A DNA stretch of 61,329 bases, filler included, from Asterionella formosa (GCA_002256025.1; 7 parts of 7 records of this genome joined end to end with filler, not necessarily neighbours in it), one strand, 5' to 3'; positions 33,661 to 45,556 are shown, counted from the first letter of the whole stretch. A program made the numbers and translations. The notes: a model not told the origin generated them from the letters alone.

Positions 33661-35024
33661 TGAAGGCAATACACGCCCGAGGTGGTCTCTTGCCTGCGAG
33701 TATACATGTGTTCGAGGCTGGGTGGCGCGAGTAGGTTGACCGTACGAGTGGCGCCCCCGGCGCTGCGAGAAGGTCACCCTACGAGTGCCAACCCAGTCGA
33801 GTACAAATGAATACGAGAAGGCAAGTAGCCGCCGAGAAGGGTATTGTTGAAGCAATTCCCGCTATAGCTATCGTCGCGTCATTCGCTTATCTACTGCCCA
33901 CAAATTTAGCATAAATGTCAATTTTAGCCTACTATTGCCCATCATATAAAATATATTTTGTATATTTCCTATCTTCACCTCGAAAATTGCCAAAGGTCCC
34001 ATATTGCCCATCATTAAAATATATTGAATATAAATTATGTTCGTATGTTCGCAAGACAACAGACACCAATTGCCCCTCGGTTTTCCAGCCCTGGGATTGC
34101 CGAAATCGGCAAGGGGTCTACTTAAGGAAACCATTTTATAGACTATACAGATTCGAGTAATTTATATCTAGAATTCACCTCGTTTTTGTTCGTCTCCTGA
34201 AAAGTGGACTCCGGCAATTCACCTTTCACCATGCCAATCGTCGTCCATCATGACCGGTTTGAAGCGAAATCAGTTCCGCGATGACGCCAGTAGCGATTCT
34301 TTGCCTAACGGATGCGGTTGATTGTTGGATTGCTTGTCTTCTCGAGGTATTCATGTATTCGCATCGTCCATATTTCGTCGGACGCACGATGATATCGATA
34401 CATCTAATGTTGGTGGCAAGTTTTTGCTCCGGTCATGTATGTAATGATGCTTAACGGATATTCTACCGGTACCGGCAGTCATCTAGTCTACATACGTACG
34501 TGGTACTAAAAGCAACCATGCATGCTTTAACGCTTACTTTGAACACGTTATAATATTATCTCTGTAGACTCGGTATTATTTTTACGAGACCTGAAATGTT
34601 GAATTATATCGTTCACATATTCATTGATTTTACGTACCGTATGCCCGATTTCGTCCTCACAAATATAGTTCTCACTCTATCTTGCCTGCCTTTGCTCTAT
34701 TCGGGCTTGCAATAGGCAACGTTCGTCTTTCTTTTATCCCATCGTCTGCTGCTTGTTATGCTAGTTGAAGCGGATCGGTGAGTACAACAGTGAAATACTG
34801 AATGTGGATTGTAGATCGTATTTATCGGGCCGACTTTCCGATTTGATTGCTTCCGTGGTTTGTTTTGATCGCTTCCATCGTTGTTTGTTGTTACGCACTG
34901 TCGTTTTGTTTCGATTGTACATATCTACATGAGAACCAATGCATTTATCAATGACTACTCATTGAAGATGTGGTATTGTGCCGTTGTTGATCGTATTTGT
35001 TGATTTGTATAGTCGTTGACAATG
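33661..35024 (-). mobile_element. CGAG-hairpin element, right part with intact 180-nt terminal hairpin
   Basis: TGAAGG terminus, hairpin 33667-33846, sub-TIR 33852-33875; body shared with 9258-10152; 34632-35024 overlaps 52671-52932. Confidence 0.88.
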
Positions 35025-35124
35025 NNNNNNNNNNNNNNNNNNNNNNNNNNNNNNNNNNNNNNNNNNNNTTAATTAATTAANNNNNNNNNNNNNNNNNNNN
35101 NNNNNNNNNNNNNNNNNNNNNNNN
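35025..35124. other. Artificial scaffold linker
   Basis: N run + TTAATTAATTAA + N run, 100 bp. Confidence 0.97.
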
Positions 35125-35448
35125 AAGCAACTGTCCGCCACTTCATCACCTCCGCCCAATCCCCGAATAACTTTAGTTCTGACATCTTCAACTGTGACTT
35201 CAATTCCGTAGCGTGAGAGAAGAAAGAAAACGATGTCTTCGTCTGAAAGGTGGAAGGAAGGTATTAGAATGTAGCAATGCAACTCTGCAATGACAAGATG
35301 AGCATGCGAACAAAAGTTTGGTGTACGAACCGTTAATGGATCCGTTGGTTCGAATTCCACTCATATCTGTCTGACAGAGGGCAGAAATGTATTCTAGCTC
35401 CCGGACGTCTGCGTTCGCCCCTATGGGCCTTTGGAACCCAATTGTCAT
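35125..35448 (-). CDS. 5' part of a hypothetical protein gene, cut by linker
   Basis: Exon 35448-35331, GT-AG intron 35330-35243, exon from 35242, giving MTIGFQRPIGANADVRELEYISALCQTDMSGIRTNGSIN/DEDIVFFLLSRYGIEVTVEDVR in one frame. Confidence 0.75.
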
Positions 35449-36959
35449 CTTGATTGGTATTACTGATGCAACGAATGATCAGCTGACTAAAAAACAAAGC
35501 ACCGGTAGGTGGGTGTTAAAAATACTTTTACAATGAGCAGATTCATTTATCGACTCTTTTTTACACGACCCTCGCGATGTATTTCTCTACCTGGTACCTT
35601 GTACCAGCTGTTGGATGAAGTGAAGTGGCCCATGGGCGGATACAGATAAAATAATACGGACACCAGGACATGTACAAATTCTACATAGCACAAATGTATT
35701 ATCTCGCTCCGCAGGATATTCTGAACCACAGCAGAAAACAACACGACTTGAAGGAAATGGTCTGTGTGAGAAAGAAGGCTGCGCGTGCATCGTTTTCAAC
35801 GTCATTGTTGATATTGCTTTGAGTTCGGTACCAGGTACCTAATTAGTGACACCTGGTAGACTCCCGGTACCAGGTACCTGGTACATTGTCTAACATGCGA
35901 AACACCGGCCGTATCGGTATGTTGAAATAGCGCGCAGCAGTACTGCCCTAGAAATACCGGTCAAGATCTTTCTCACGCCTCTCGTCTGCAGATTCTTCTG
36001 ATATATAAATCCTGTCTATTTCCGTTTAGAAATTCCTCAGACTACGTAGTCTTCGAACACCTGTCGACATCAACAGCCTAACAAACACACTCTGACAGGC
36101 CTGACAGACAGACACACTCTGACACCCTCCCCTGTTGGAGGGTTGATGCTCGACATACCACATCATCCTAATCTGTGATAATGTGTATGCTCGACACATC
36201 CTATCCTACAGGAATTTTTTTTATATGTAGTCCTCTCTTTTTTCTTCGTCTCTGTTTTTCTGACGAATTGTATAATGCATGAAGAAAACAAGTGTGTGAA
36301 TTAAAAAAAATTGTACACAATATTTTTACATGAAGCGGTTGTGGCAGTGCACCTGCAATCATGATGATAGCAGCCAGCCATGCATGCAGTTGTGAATCAA
36401 TGGCTAAACACAAGGCCACTCAAGTTATCTTAGTACTAACACTACTTATACTACTAAACCACTTACTGTTCCACTTGCATGGAATTCTATACGGAGCGAA
36501 TTATCATACTGACATGGCTAACCCTATTCATGTTTTCTGCCTTGCATGCATTTTTTTCCTCTACAAATCCATGGGTTAACCCTATGACGATGTCTGGTTA
36601 GGGTACTGTGCCTAGGGCCAAACCTGCCAACTTTTATGAATCTACCCAGGAAATTTTAGTGGTCATGAACCCTCCTGCTGGTCAGCTACTAGTGGCCTAC
36701 CGGTATGTGCCTAACAAAAACCAGCCGAATGCTGAACAGATTGCACATGTGCAACAATACCAATGCTATTTTTATATATACATGACGAAACTTTGAATAT
36801 TTCTCATGTCAGTAATCACCTGGATATCATTTGTTTTTTACAGGACAATTATGGTCTGAATACCGCCTTTTTTGTAAATGCGGGATATTCCAATTGCATA
36901 GCAGAATTTGAATTCAATGCATCCCATGCATGATCTCACTGAATTATCATACCTACTCC

Positions 36960-37241
36960 TGAATGAATTAATATTTGTCATGTCAAACCTTTTCATAGGT
37001 GAAAGGTTTTCCCTTGGTGTGGGAGAGTGGGCAATCTCGCTCAACTACAGACATAGCTACCTATAGGGTTATGTTTACATAGATATATCAGAACTCTATC
37101 AGGAGAGAACTCGACTAACACCTTTTTGAATACTTTAGTGTCAACCTAGGAGATCGAGTTGCACACAGCAAGGATTAAATAATAAGCTCATATATTCCAC
37201 AAATACTACTACTTCTAGTTAGATACCGATACTTCACCTGC
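36960..37241 (+). mobile_element. Gypsy-like integrase tail + PPT + ~210-bp LTR
   Basis: E*INICHVKPFHR* then GGGAGAG PPT and TG start at 37028, ending ..ACTTCACCTGC; homologous to 51269-51545 (-). Confidence 0.75.
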
Positions 37242-37263
37242 AAGTTGCGTTCGTTTTGCATAA

Positions 37264-37983
37264 GGTTGCGGCCCCGCAATAACAAATTGCGAGGTCCGTT
37301 TTTTCCCAATTTTTTTTTTGATGTACCTCAATGCACACATCACGTACAAGTAATAATAATAGTTAAAGGTAAAGGTAAAATTAGCTTTCACCATTACGAC
37401 CACTTTGCATATGCTTAGATACTGTCATTACTCGACTTAGGGGTATGATCTATATACAGATACGGTAAGGACCCCATCTCTGGAGAGAAGTGGCAGTTAT
37501 GTATCATAGATTCGTAACTACCGCAAAACTAGTCGAAAAAAGGGGCTACGAAGCATTTCAAAAAATCTACGATATATGGCTGCCACTTCTCTCCAGAAGT
37601 TAACTCCTGACGTTATAGGGTACACGGCTGCTATCTATTTTAATCGTCATGAAACCCCGTAGATGTAGAGCAATCCTCTTCCAAAAAGTCGACCCGATCG
37701 GTTTTTTCAACAGTCGCTCGCCAAAATATTGGAATCGGAATTAGTACGTGCAAAAACGTCATCGTAGACTTAGAGTCTTGCGTAGGTATGTTTTGCTGAA
37801 TAATTCTCTGTCCGAAAAGACTCCAGGAAGGTCCGGTAATCAGCGAATTGCGCGCACTATATACTAAAAATTCCACATAGCGGTTTCAACATACCGGTAC
37901 TTCATTGGAAGTCTGTCCGGCTCAAAAATTCCGAAATGATGAAAATCTCAAATTATTTCAATTTATTTAGATTACCTGTAACC
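37264..37983 (-). mobile_element. Divergent member of the GGTTGC-ended TIR family
   Basis: TAA|GGTTGCGG terminus at 37264; 37430-37870 aligns in reverse with 39640-40055; internal ~34-bp inverted repeat 37480-37597. Far boundary uncertain. Confidence 0.6.
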
Positions 37984-38029
37984 GTTATAAACTTTCAAAC
38001 GGAAAAGCGCTGCCACTTTCACCGCAAAA

Positions 38030-38585
38030 TCGGTGACTACCAACTTCAATTTGCTGACTGCGGACTTCTTGTTGCTAACTGCTGACTTGATTTCCTGAAA
38101 ATTTGAAATATTCGCTGACTGCTGACATTCAGTCACTGACTGCTAACTTCAACATGCTGGTGCCAAACAAGCTACTTTGTACATAGGAAGAGACCGACTA
38201 CTGGTACCAGTGTACAAATCGTGTCTACTTTTCATATTAGAATAACAATGGAAACACATCATCTTTTTGTTGTTGGGATACTAAAAGCGATGCCTTCTAC
38301 ATTCATACAATGATGCTATTGGGAGTAACATAGACGTACCTGGTATCTGGTACTCCTTACATGATAATAAACTGTGAAATCGACATTGATGCCTAAAAAC
38401 ATTCATTGCTATCTCCTTCGTGATATTGCTACCACCATGTACTGGTACTATCATATAAATGCTGACTTCAACTTGCTAACTACTGACTGCTGACTTGATT
38501 CACTGAAAATTTGAAAAAATCGCTGACTGCTGACATGAAATCGCTGACTTCAGCAGTCAACTTACTGGCTGCTGACTAAAAGTTC
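38030..38585. repeat. TGCTGAC-rich repeat, two blocks (38030-38160, 38458-38585); third inverted copy at ~61015-61122
   Basis: Shared GCTGACTTGATT..CTGAAAATTTGAAA.A.TCGCTGACTGCTGACAT core. Confidence 0.7.
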
Positions 38586-38979
38586 ATTTTGACAATAAAA
38601 CGAGTGATGGCTTAACGTCTATGTAAACGGTTTATTTAAAGAATATCGGAGTGGCACAAAATTTAGGGGTTCGACAATTTTTGGGATATACCCCTTCCTT
38701 TTTCTCGTTGTTGACTCGATGAGCAGAAAACGAGCAACCTGCGCGCTATGTGCGCTGGTTACCGAATCTTCCAGGGCGCGTCACTGCACATATTCTGATT
38801 GGTTGAATTGAATTAACTCACCTGCTCCAGATCGGCTGCAGTAACAGGTATCTTTGCCTTGTAAAATTACAATTACGCCAGCCATATTTGAACCATATGT
38901 ATTAGATGTTCTGTACCGGTACCTGGTACCGGGAGGTAAAATATGGACTACCGGTAGTTTCATCATCCATCGTCATTAA

Positions 38980-40175
38980 GGTTGCTGGATTTGAAACCCT
39001 AGGCAAAAATTAAAATATTGCTTAGGGTTGGCAAAATTCCCTGGAATTAAGAATTTAATTAGCTATTATTGAATGACGTGATTCCATTTGAAGTATTTAA
39101 ATCAGTGGAAATTTGCGAATACGTACATAGATTCCTTGTCGAATTCGCTAAATATATATATATAGACGCTCTGAGTCGCTGGATGTATAACGGTATATGC
39201 GCTAAAAGTACGATCAACATGTATGCATGGACAGTCTATACCGGTACTCCGATTAACGAATTTATATGCTATGCATTGAATCCGTTCGACATATTCAAAT
39301 CGTTCAATATATATATACACATTTAGATTCTGCATCGCTTCATGTGCATACACCAGTACTACAATCTATACTCCGATCGACGACCATGGGTCATGTATAC
39401 GACCCTGCGGCTCGGCAAATATTTGGAAGTGCACTCAAGGAGCGGTCCGCGTATGTGCAATGATGATCATTTACTGGTTCCTGGTTCCCTGGTACCCGTC
39501 GAGAATATAGAAACGGACTGTCAGTACACCCAAGAAAATATTACATGTTTACAGTGTGGCCGGCGTGGGTTTGCAAGACCTCGCAAACCAGGCCGATCAA
39601 ACAGAGGAATGCAATTCACGTTCACCAATCATATTATATATGTGGAAGCGGGCACTTACAATGGAACTTTTTGGACAGGAGATTTTAGGACTAAAAATTT
39701 CGGCACACGACTACCGTTCCGATGATGACGTTTCGGCACTTAAAAATTCTGATTCCGATATTTTGGCGACCGTAGAAAAGGCCGATTTTGTCGAGTTTTT
39801 GGACGACGATAGCTAAACGTTGGCTGGGTCTGACGGCGATTTAGATATATAGGTAACTTTCAAATAGCATCAGTATTTAACTTCTGGCGAGAAACTGCAG
39901 AAAGGAATTTCGGTTTTTTTACTTTGCCAAATAAACAGATTTCCCCCGAATTTTCGAGTTTTTTTTAGCATAGTTTAAAAACCGAAGTTCCTTTCTGCAG
40001 TTTCTGACCAAATCCTATATACTGACGATACATAGAGTGAACCTACACCCCTATTTTGTCCGAAGACTGTATGTAAGCAAATGGAAATGATGTGTATTGG
40101 TGAAAGCTCCGTTGAGCGTTATACATATTTACCGGTAATTTGTATGTGAAAAGTATGTGTTTGATTAGTCTGACT
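38980..40175 (+). mobile_element. GGTTGC-ended TIR element, longer copy
   Basis: TTAA|GGTTGCTGGATTTGAAACCCTAGG left end; colinear with 6853-7452 plus extra segments ~39137-39553 and ~39889-40060, the latter containing a 29-bp inverted repeat. Confidence 0.78.
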
Positions 40176-40179
40176 TAAT

Positions 40180-41530
40180 GCAGCAATGGGTACCAATATC
40201 CTCCACCTCATATCCATCTAGATCGCCTTCATGTCCATGTAGTAGCACCCTCTTGATACTTTTTCTGAATCAATCCTCCTGCTCTGCACCAGGAAACAAT
40301 AGACCATCTGTATCTTGTAGAATTTCTGGGGAGCATGTCATGTACTCAAACAATGCAGTTATTGGGCACAATGCAAAATCCTCAGGGTTGGTGTAGTAGC
40401 TACTGTCGGGGCTTGAAATTCTTAGAGCCATCTTGATCAATTTTTGTATGAGAAAATCGAATCCCCACAGCATCTTGACTCCAAACCAAATGCTTGATAC
40501 AGACACCATCAGTACTATCAACACAGCCCATCAAATTCTAAGTTACACATAAAAATGCACGTGCAAAAACAGCTGATGGAGAGCCATCTTCAATCAACCA
40601 TATGTTTATTTTTCGGTACAGGTCGATTGTCAATTCACGTTTTCCCTCCTCAAGGCTACCCATCCCGCCCATCTTGTTTTGCCTTACTTGCAATTCATTT
40701 GACGCCAGCAACGAGATCTTTCAGCTCATTATCAAAGTTGTCTGTAGCCTTCATCTTATACTTCTTAAACAGGCTGTAAAGTGATGTCTTCTTGTTTTTA
40801 TACATTTTCTGACTAAGTAGACAGCCTGTCATTGGATTACTGAGGGTCTCAAGATACTTTGCGAAGTCTGTAGGCTTTAAGCAAGTACTCAAATTCAATT
40901 GGATGCAATCCTGTAGAGACTTCCCTCCTTACAAGAAAACTGCGCATCACTGATCTTGCTTTCTTCACATGATTTGGAATGTCTTCAATATCATCAGTGA
41001 TATATCTGATTTGCGCTAGCATCTACAGTCCTGGTAGCTGGTCCTCATGTTTATATAAATATAACAGAAAGACTTCATGTTCAGACTGGTGCCGGCTCAT
41101 TGTTGATTTTGCTCTTGTGTTCCCTCTAATATTTGCTAAATTCATGAGCTGTAGGGACTTCATTTTATTTGCTTCCTTCTTCGCCTGTTTTGTATCATGT
41201 TCTCTAATAGTGCTGCCTTGTTTGTCAATCTCTGGTGGTAAAATGCTATCCATGATATTTACATGCCCAAGTTCTACTAGCTATGCCCTCGTCCTCTTGT
41301 CCTTGATTGGAATCATGTCTCCTCTCTTCATCTTGTTGCAGTTGTTGCAATGCAGCTGCATCATCTGGATCCATCAGGGCGCGACCAAACTTTTCATAGC
41401 AATGGAAGCATGTTGTTTTGAACTGAAGACCGCAAAGAGCTTGAATGCTATACCCACATCCAGGGCAGTTATGTGCAGTTGACCTTGGTAGCTCCTTCAC
41501 CATGCATCTCGCTCTCTTGAGATGCACAAA
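40180..41530 (-). pseudogene. Crypton-type tyrosine-recombinase transposase pseudogene
   Basis: N-terminal Cys cluster HNCPGC..CG..CFHC; EEGKRELTIDLYRKINIWLIEDGSPSAVFARAFLCVT*NLMG; YTNPEDFALCPITALFEYMTCSPEIL..LFPG; EDIGTH (start of HxxR box) where the neighbouring repeat truncates it. Confidence 0.72.
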
Positions 41531-42430
41531 CTATTCTTCATTGTCTGACATGATATTTTGATGTGGCAGTGGGTCGCTTCCATAGGTATATTGTTGATTG
41601 TTGTTGTTCTCAATTGATGTTCATAATTTGCTGAGTCGGAACCCCTAGTACTACCGGTATGGCTATTAGCAGTAGCTATCATGCATGTACTGTCAACGTG
41701 AATCCTACGATGGTACAAAATTGAACGCTTTTTCTACACGTTCTTGGGGAGAAAAGTCTCCCCAAAAAGCCGCTACTGACGGGGCCGCAGAAAATATACG
41801 TGTTAAAAGCTAGAGGGGAATAAACGTCAGCGCGGAAAAAAGGGGAGAATTTCTCCCCAAAAATGTTGCAGGATCTCCTACATTCTCCCCATTTTTCCAC
41901 GCTTCTCTATAAACGTTTAATTATCATTTTTGTTTGTTTAAAATGGAACTCTGTCTATCTGGCGCCGACTCCTATTTAATTCAAATATTCAAATGGACAC
42001 TCGAATCATTGGAACTCATAGCAGCAAACTCCCTGTTCCATGCCGTTTTTACAACCCTAACGACGTTTTCTCCAAACTAGGGTTAATCCGAGGGCCGCAA
42101 CCAAAAAGATAGAGCTAAACGTTTAGTTTCAGCACAATTACCGCAACTTGCTGGTACCTGGTACCAGGGTATGTATTTTTGAAGGAGTAAAACATTGCCG
42201 ATATTCACCAATTGTTCCATTTGCACCGATGACGATCATGTGTACCGGTACACTCTACCGAGTCTGAGGAAACAGCAAAAGGATCGAAGTATAGTTCAAG
42301 CCGGTACCTGGAACAGTATTGGTACTTTACCAGGTAATCCATATTGGTATAGTCACTACACAGCGAAAGTGCTCGGCGTCGTTCCTTGCTGCATACATTG
42401 TGGGGTTCAGCGATCGATGATGTTGACAGA

Positions 42431-43799
42431 ATGCCCGTTGTCAATCCATATCTAAAAAGCAACAAGCGAACTCGACAGCACGACGATTTAAGTGTGAGCT
42501 ATGCCATTCCAGTGGATCAGCGACAGCAGAATCAATCGTCTTGGAAAATTTCGTCTGAAAAAACTCAGAATTCACGTTTACAGTCGATGGAAATTCCGAA
42601 AGTTGGCAGGAACCTCGCTCAGGCCTCCGTTCAAAGTTCTCTCGCCACTTCTTCGAAAAGAGAAATTAGTAATGACGGCAACTTTGATGATTCTGGGATC
42701 GATTGGGAGGCAGCTATTCAAATTATGGACCAGACAACACATCAAAGAGTAGCACTAATGAACAAAATATCATCATCTACCTCGAGCGGTGCTGAAATGA
42801 GAGTTAGCACTGGTCCTACTCAACCACCTTCAGTTGACCAATCAAGCAAGCCATTGGTGTCTCACATACATAAAATCATGAAGCAAAGCAGTGACATTTC
42901 AGAAAGGATGAAGGAGCCACTTTGCCTAGATCGACCATCACAATGGGAAAACTTATCTGAAACTAACTTGGCGGCTTCTGTGATGCCGAAAGTGTTGCAG
43001 TTCTCACAAGACCGTGTACAACCAGTAAACGACGAGTATCGTCAAGCGTTGGTTCAAAACGCAAATTTATCAGCAACCCTCAACAATGGATGGACATTAT
43101 ATTCACATCAAAAGCGGGCCATTCTCAAAGCCCTTCTCATGCGTCGGTGCATCCTAGCGTTGGATTGCGGTCTAGGAAAGACCATCATTGGTTGTGTGTG
43201 GGCCAAGTCAATGAGAGAGACGTACGGCGACTTGCGGATATTCGTCATTTGTCCTGTCTCTATGACCCAAGAGTGGCGACGAACAGCTGTGGAAGCAACT
43301 GGCTTAGAAGTTGCACCTTCAAAACTCGACAAAGAATTTCTGGATTCAAAAATGCAAATTTTCAGTTGGTCCAAAGTGCCTACAGAGATACCCCCGTCCA
43401 TTAAAAGATTTGTGATAGTTTGCGATGAAGCGCATTCTATGCAATCAATGGGAGCGCAGAGAACGAAGAGCGTCCTGAAGTTGATTGGTCTTTCCCGATG
43501 TGTTGGTGTACTGTTACTGTCTGGCACACCCATGAAGAATGGTAAGCCTTCCAATCTCTTCCCTTTACTCAAGGCTGTTAAGCACCCCTTTGGGGAACAT
43601 CAAAAGGCATTTGAAACCTACTTTTGTGCTGGTCAACAGAAACAAATTAGGGGCGCTGTTGTGTGGGATGCTACTGGATCATCCAATCTTCGCGAATTGA
43701 ATGAGCGCATTTCCTCACACCTACTATACATGAGAAAAGAAGATGTTCTCGCTGACCTACCTCCTCAAACTCGAGAAACCCGAAAAGTTCCTGTCAGTA
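42431..43799 (+). CDS. SNF2-family ATPase, SMARCAL1/ZRANB3-like; 3' end lost at linker
   Basis: LYSHQ, ILALDCGLGKT (motif I), VICPVS (Ia), VCDEAH (II), LLLSGTPMKNGKP (III), RKEDVLADLPPQTR; likely ATG 42431 (MPVVNPY). Confidence 0.88.
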
Positions 43800-43899
43800 N
43801 NNNNNNNNNNNNNNNNNNNNNNNNNNNNNNNNNNNNNNNNNNNTTAATTAATTAANNNNNNNNNNNNNNNNNNNNNNNNNNNNNNNNNNNNNNNNNNNN
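43800..43899. other. Artificial scaffold linker
   Basis: N run + TTAATTAATTAA + N run, 100 bp. Confidence 0.97.
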
Positions 43900-43974
43900 T
43901 CCCTCTGGGAGGACAGCAAGGAGGACAAAGAGGCCATGGTGGATGAGTGAGTAATTCCTGATTGCAATCATTGG

Positions 43975-44030
43975 GATGTATGTATATATAGATATATTTA
44001 TGTATGTATGTATGTATGTATGTATGCATG
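43975..44030. repeat. (ATGT)n microsatellite
   Basis: About seven tandem ATGT units at ~44000-44026 with degenerate flanks. Confidence 0.85.
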
Positions 44031-44546
44031 TCCTGATATATATCTACCGGTATATAAATTACTCGTTTTAAAACATAGATGAAAGAGTCAATGTCGTAGT
44101 CAATTTCTGTTATTAATGTTATTCTATCTAGTGCTTGCTTAGCTTGGGTGTGAAATCAATTTCCCGAACATGATTAAAGTTTCCAAAGAAAATTGTCTGC
44201 ATTGGGAAAATCGACGATTTTCCGACGTGACTGAAAATATTTTGAGTTTTGGAGAATCGAAAACTAGAAAACTTTCCGATGCAGCAAGGAACGGTTTTTG
44301 GGGAAAAGTCACCGGAAATTTGATTCACGAGTTGTTTTCTGGAGAAGTAAGCAATGGCCTAAGATTGAAACATGCTCATCATTTTACCTGGTAATCGAAG
44401 AATTGTCATTTCCAGTCTGTTCATTATTTATATAGTTATATACCAGTATTAGCGGTATATATATGTTTAGGTCGCCGCTGTGACGCAAGATTTTTCCAAA
44501 CATCGTCGAACGCACTGACCCATTTTTGATTTGATGCAGATTGGAA

Positions 44547-45071
44547 ATGGCAAAGGGATCTCCAGGATGCACCAATAAGGTAGTCTTTGTCGTTCAAGGT
44601 AGTACTACACCCACCGTGCCACTGCGGCTTATTCTTTTTGTTGCAATCCTTTCCGCTGCTGTATCTGTTGCTCTCGAATCGATAGAACCAGAAACAATGC
44701 AGCGCAATCCCATGTGGTTGTACATTTCTTGTTTTATATTGTTAACTTCCATTAGTTTTCGCAGTCGAACACAGTCATTGGAATCAACCCTCACACTATA
44801 CCCCGTTGGAGTTCAGACATCTTCTGGTACGCTGATTCCTCGGCAAGACATTGTCGATGTGGTGGTCCACGAGATTGTGCTATCTTACAAAGTATTTAGT
44901 GTTGTACTTCTACGTGTATCAGCCTCTCCAATCACTGTGGATCGTACTATCTATGACCTACTGTCGCAAAACAAAGTACAACTGATTCGCGCCTTTCCAG
45001 GGGTCGAGCTATCTTATCTTGATTGCATCGAAATGCGGAACAAAATATCCAGAGCTCTTGGCCTTGATTGA
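44547..45071 (+). CDS. PIGH: PIG-H-like subunit of GPI-GlcNAc transferase
   Basis: 174 aa; two hydrophobic helices followed by ESTLTLYPVGVQ..LIPRQDIVDVVVHE..AFP, matching the PIG-H pattern (ESL..GIQ..FIP..I.DIVINE..F). Confidence 0.65.
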   Translation: MAKGSPGCTNKVVFVVQGSTTPTVPLRLILFVAILSAAVSVALESIEPETMQRNPMWLYISCFILLTSISFRSRTQSLESTLTLYPVGVQTSSGTLIPRQDIVDVVVHEIVLSYKVFSVVLLRVSASPITVDRTIYDLLSQNKVQLIRAFPGVELSYLDCIEMRNKISRALGLD

Positions 45072-45556
45072 ATTGATAAGAAGCACTTGTACCTACTACC
45101 TGCGGATCAAGTAATAGTGGATAATTCTCATGCGCACCGCACTATGGGTTGGTGGCTCTTGATAGGACGGGCATTGGAAACTGCGATTGTTTATGCTGGT
45201 ATTGAGACAGCTCAGTCCGCTTTATGATGCATCATTCTTTCTTCTGTTCCCATGCAACTGCACCGAAGAAGACAGAAAAATACACTATGCCATCATATAC
45301 GCGATGTTATAGCTAGCATAACAGCGCTCGTACCATAGCCAGTCAAGAAGTTCTTACCATGACATAATTGTTTTTACACCGGGGTAACCCTTTATTCCCA
45401 GAGTGTAAGTCCTTAGAATCAAATTCTGCAATAAAGAAATAAATCTTTGGATGCTGTTTGATGAAAGGATCATGATCACAGTACATTAAATGAGGTGCTC
45501 AAGAGCTCACATTCCGGGAGAGTCATGAACATAAGCTCACAAAACTTTTAAATTCT

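Noticed and set aside
33678..33836. CRISPR-like array reading of the periodic CGAG motif
   Set aside because: Repeat is only 4 nt, the intervening segments are mutually complementary, and no cas genes are present in this eukaryotic context.
33667..33846. SRP RNA or hammerhead ribozyme identity for the long hairpin
   Set aside because: No GNRA-capped SRP helix-8 motif and no CTGANGA/GAAA core seen on either strand.
6950..39816. Near-identical short ORFs at 6950-7267 and 39556-39816, and those in hairpin-element copies (9698, 33868, 54129)
   Set aside because: Similarity comes from the DNA repeat; no recognisable domain and frames are not preserved between copies.
43108..43572. Antisense and alternate-frame ORFs inside real genes (also 14112-16427, 22482-23935, 46173-47602)
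   Set aside because: Shadows of the true CDSs with no independent signal.
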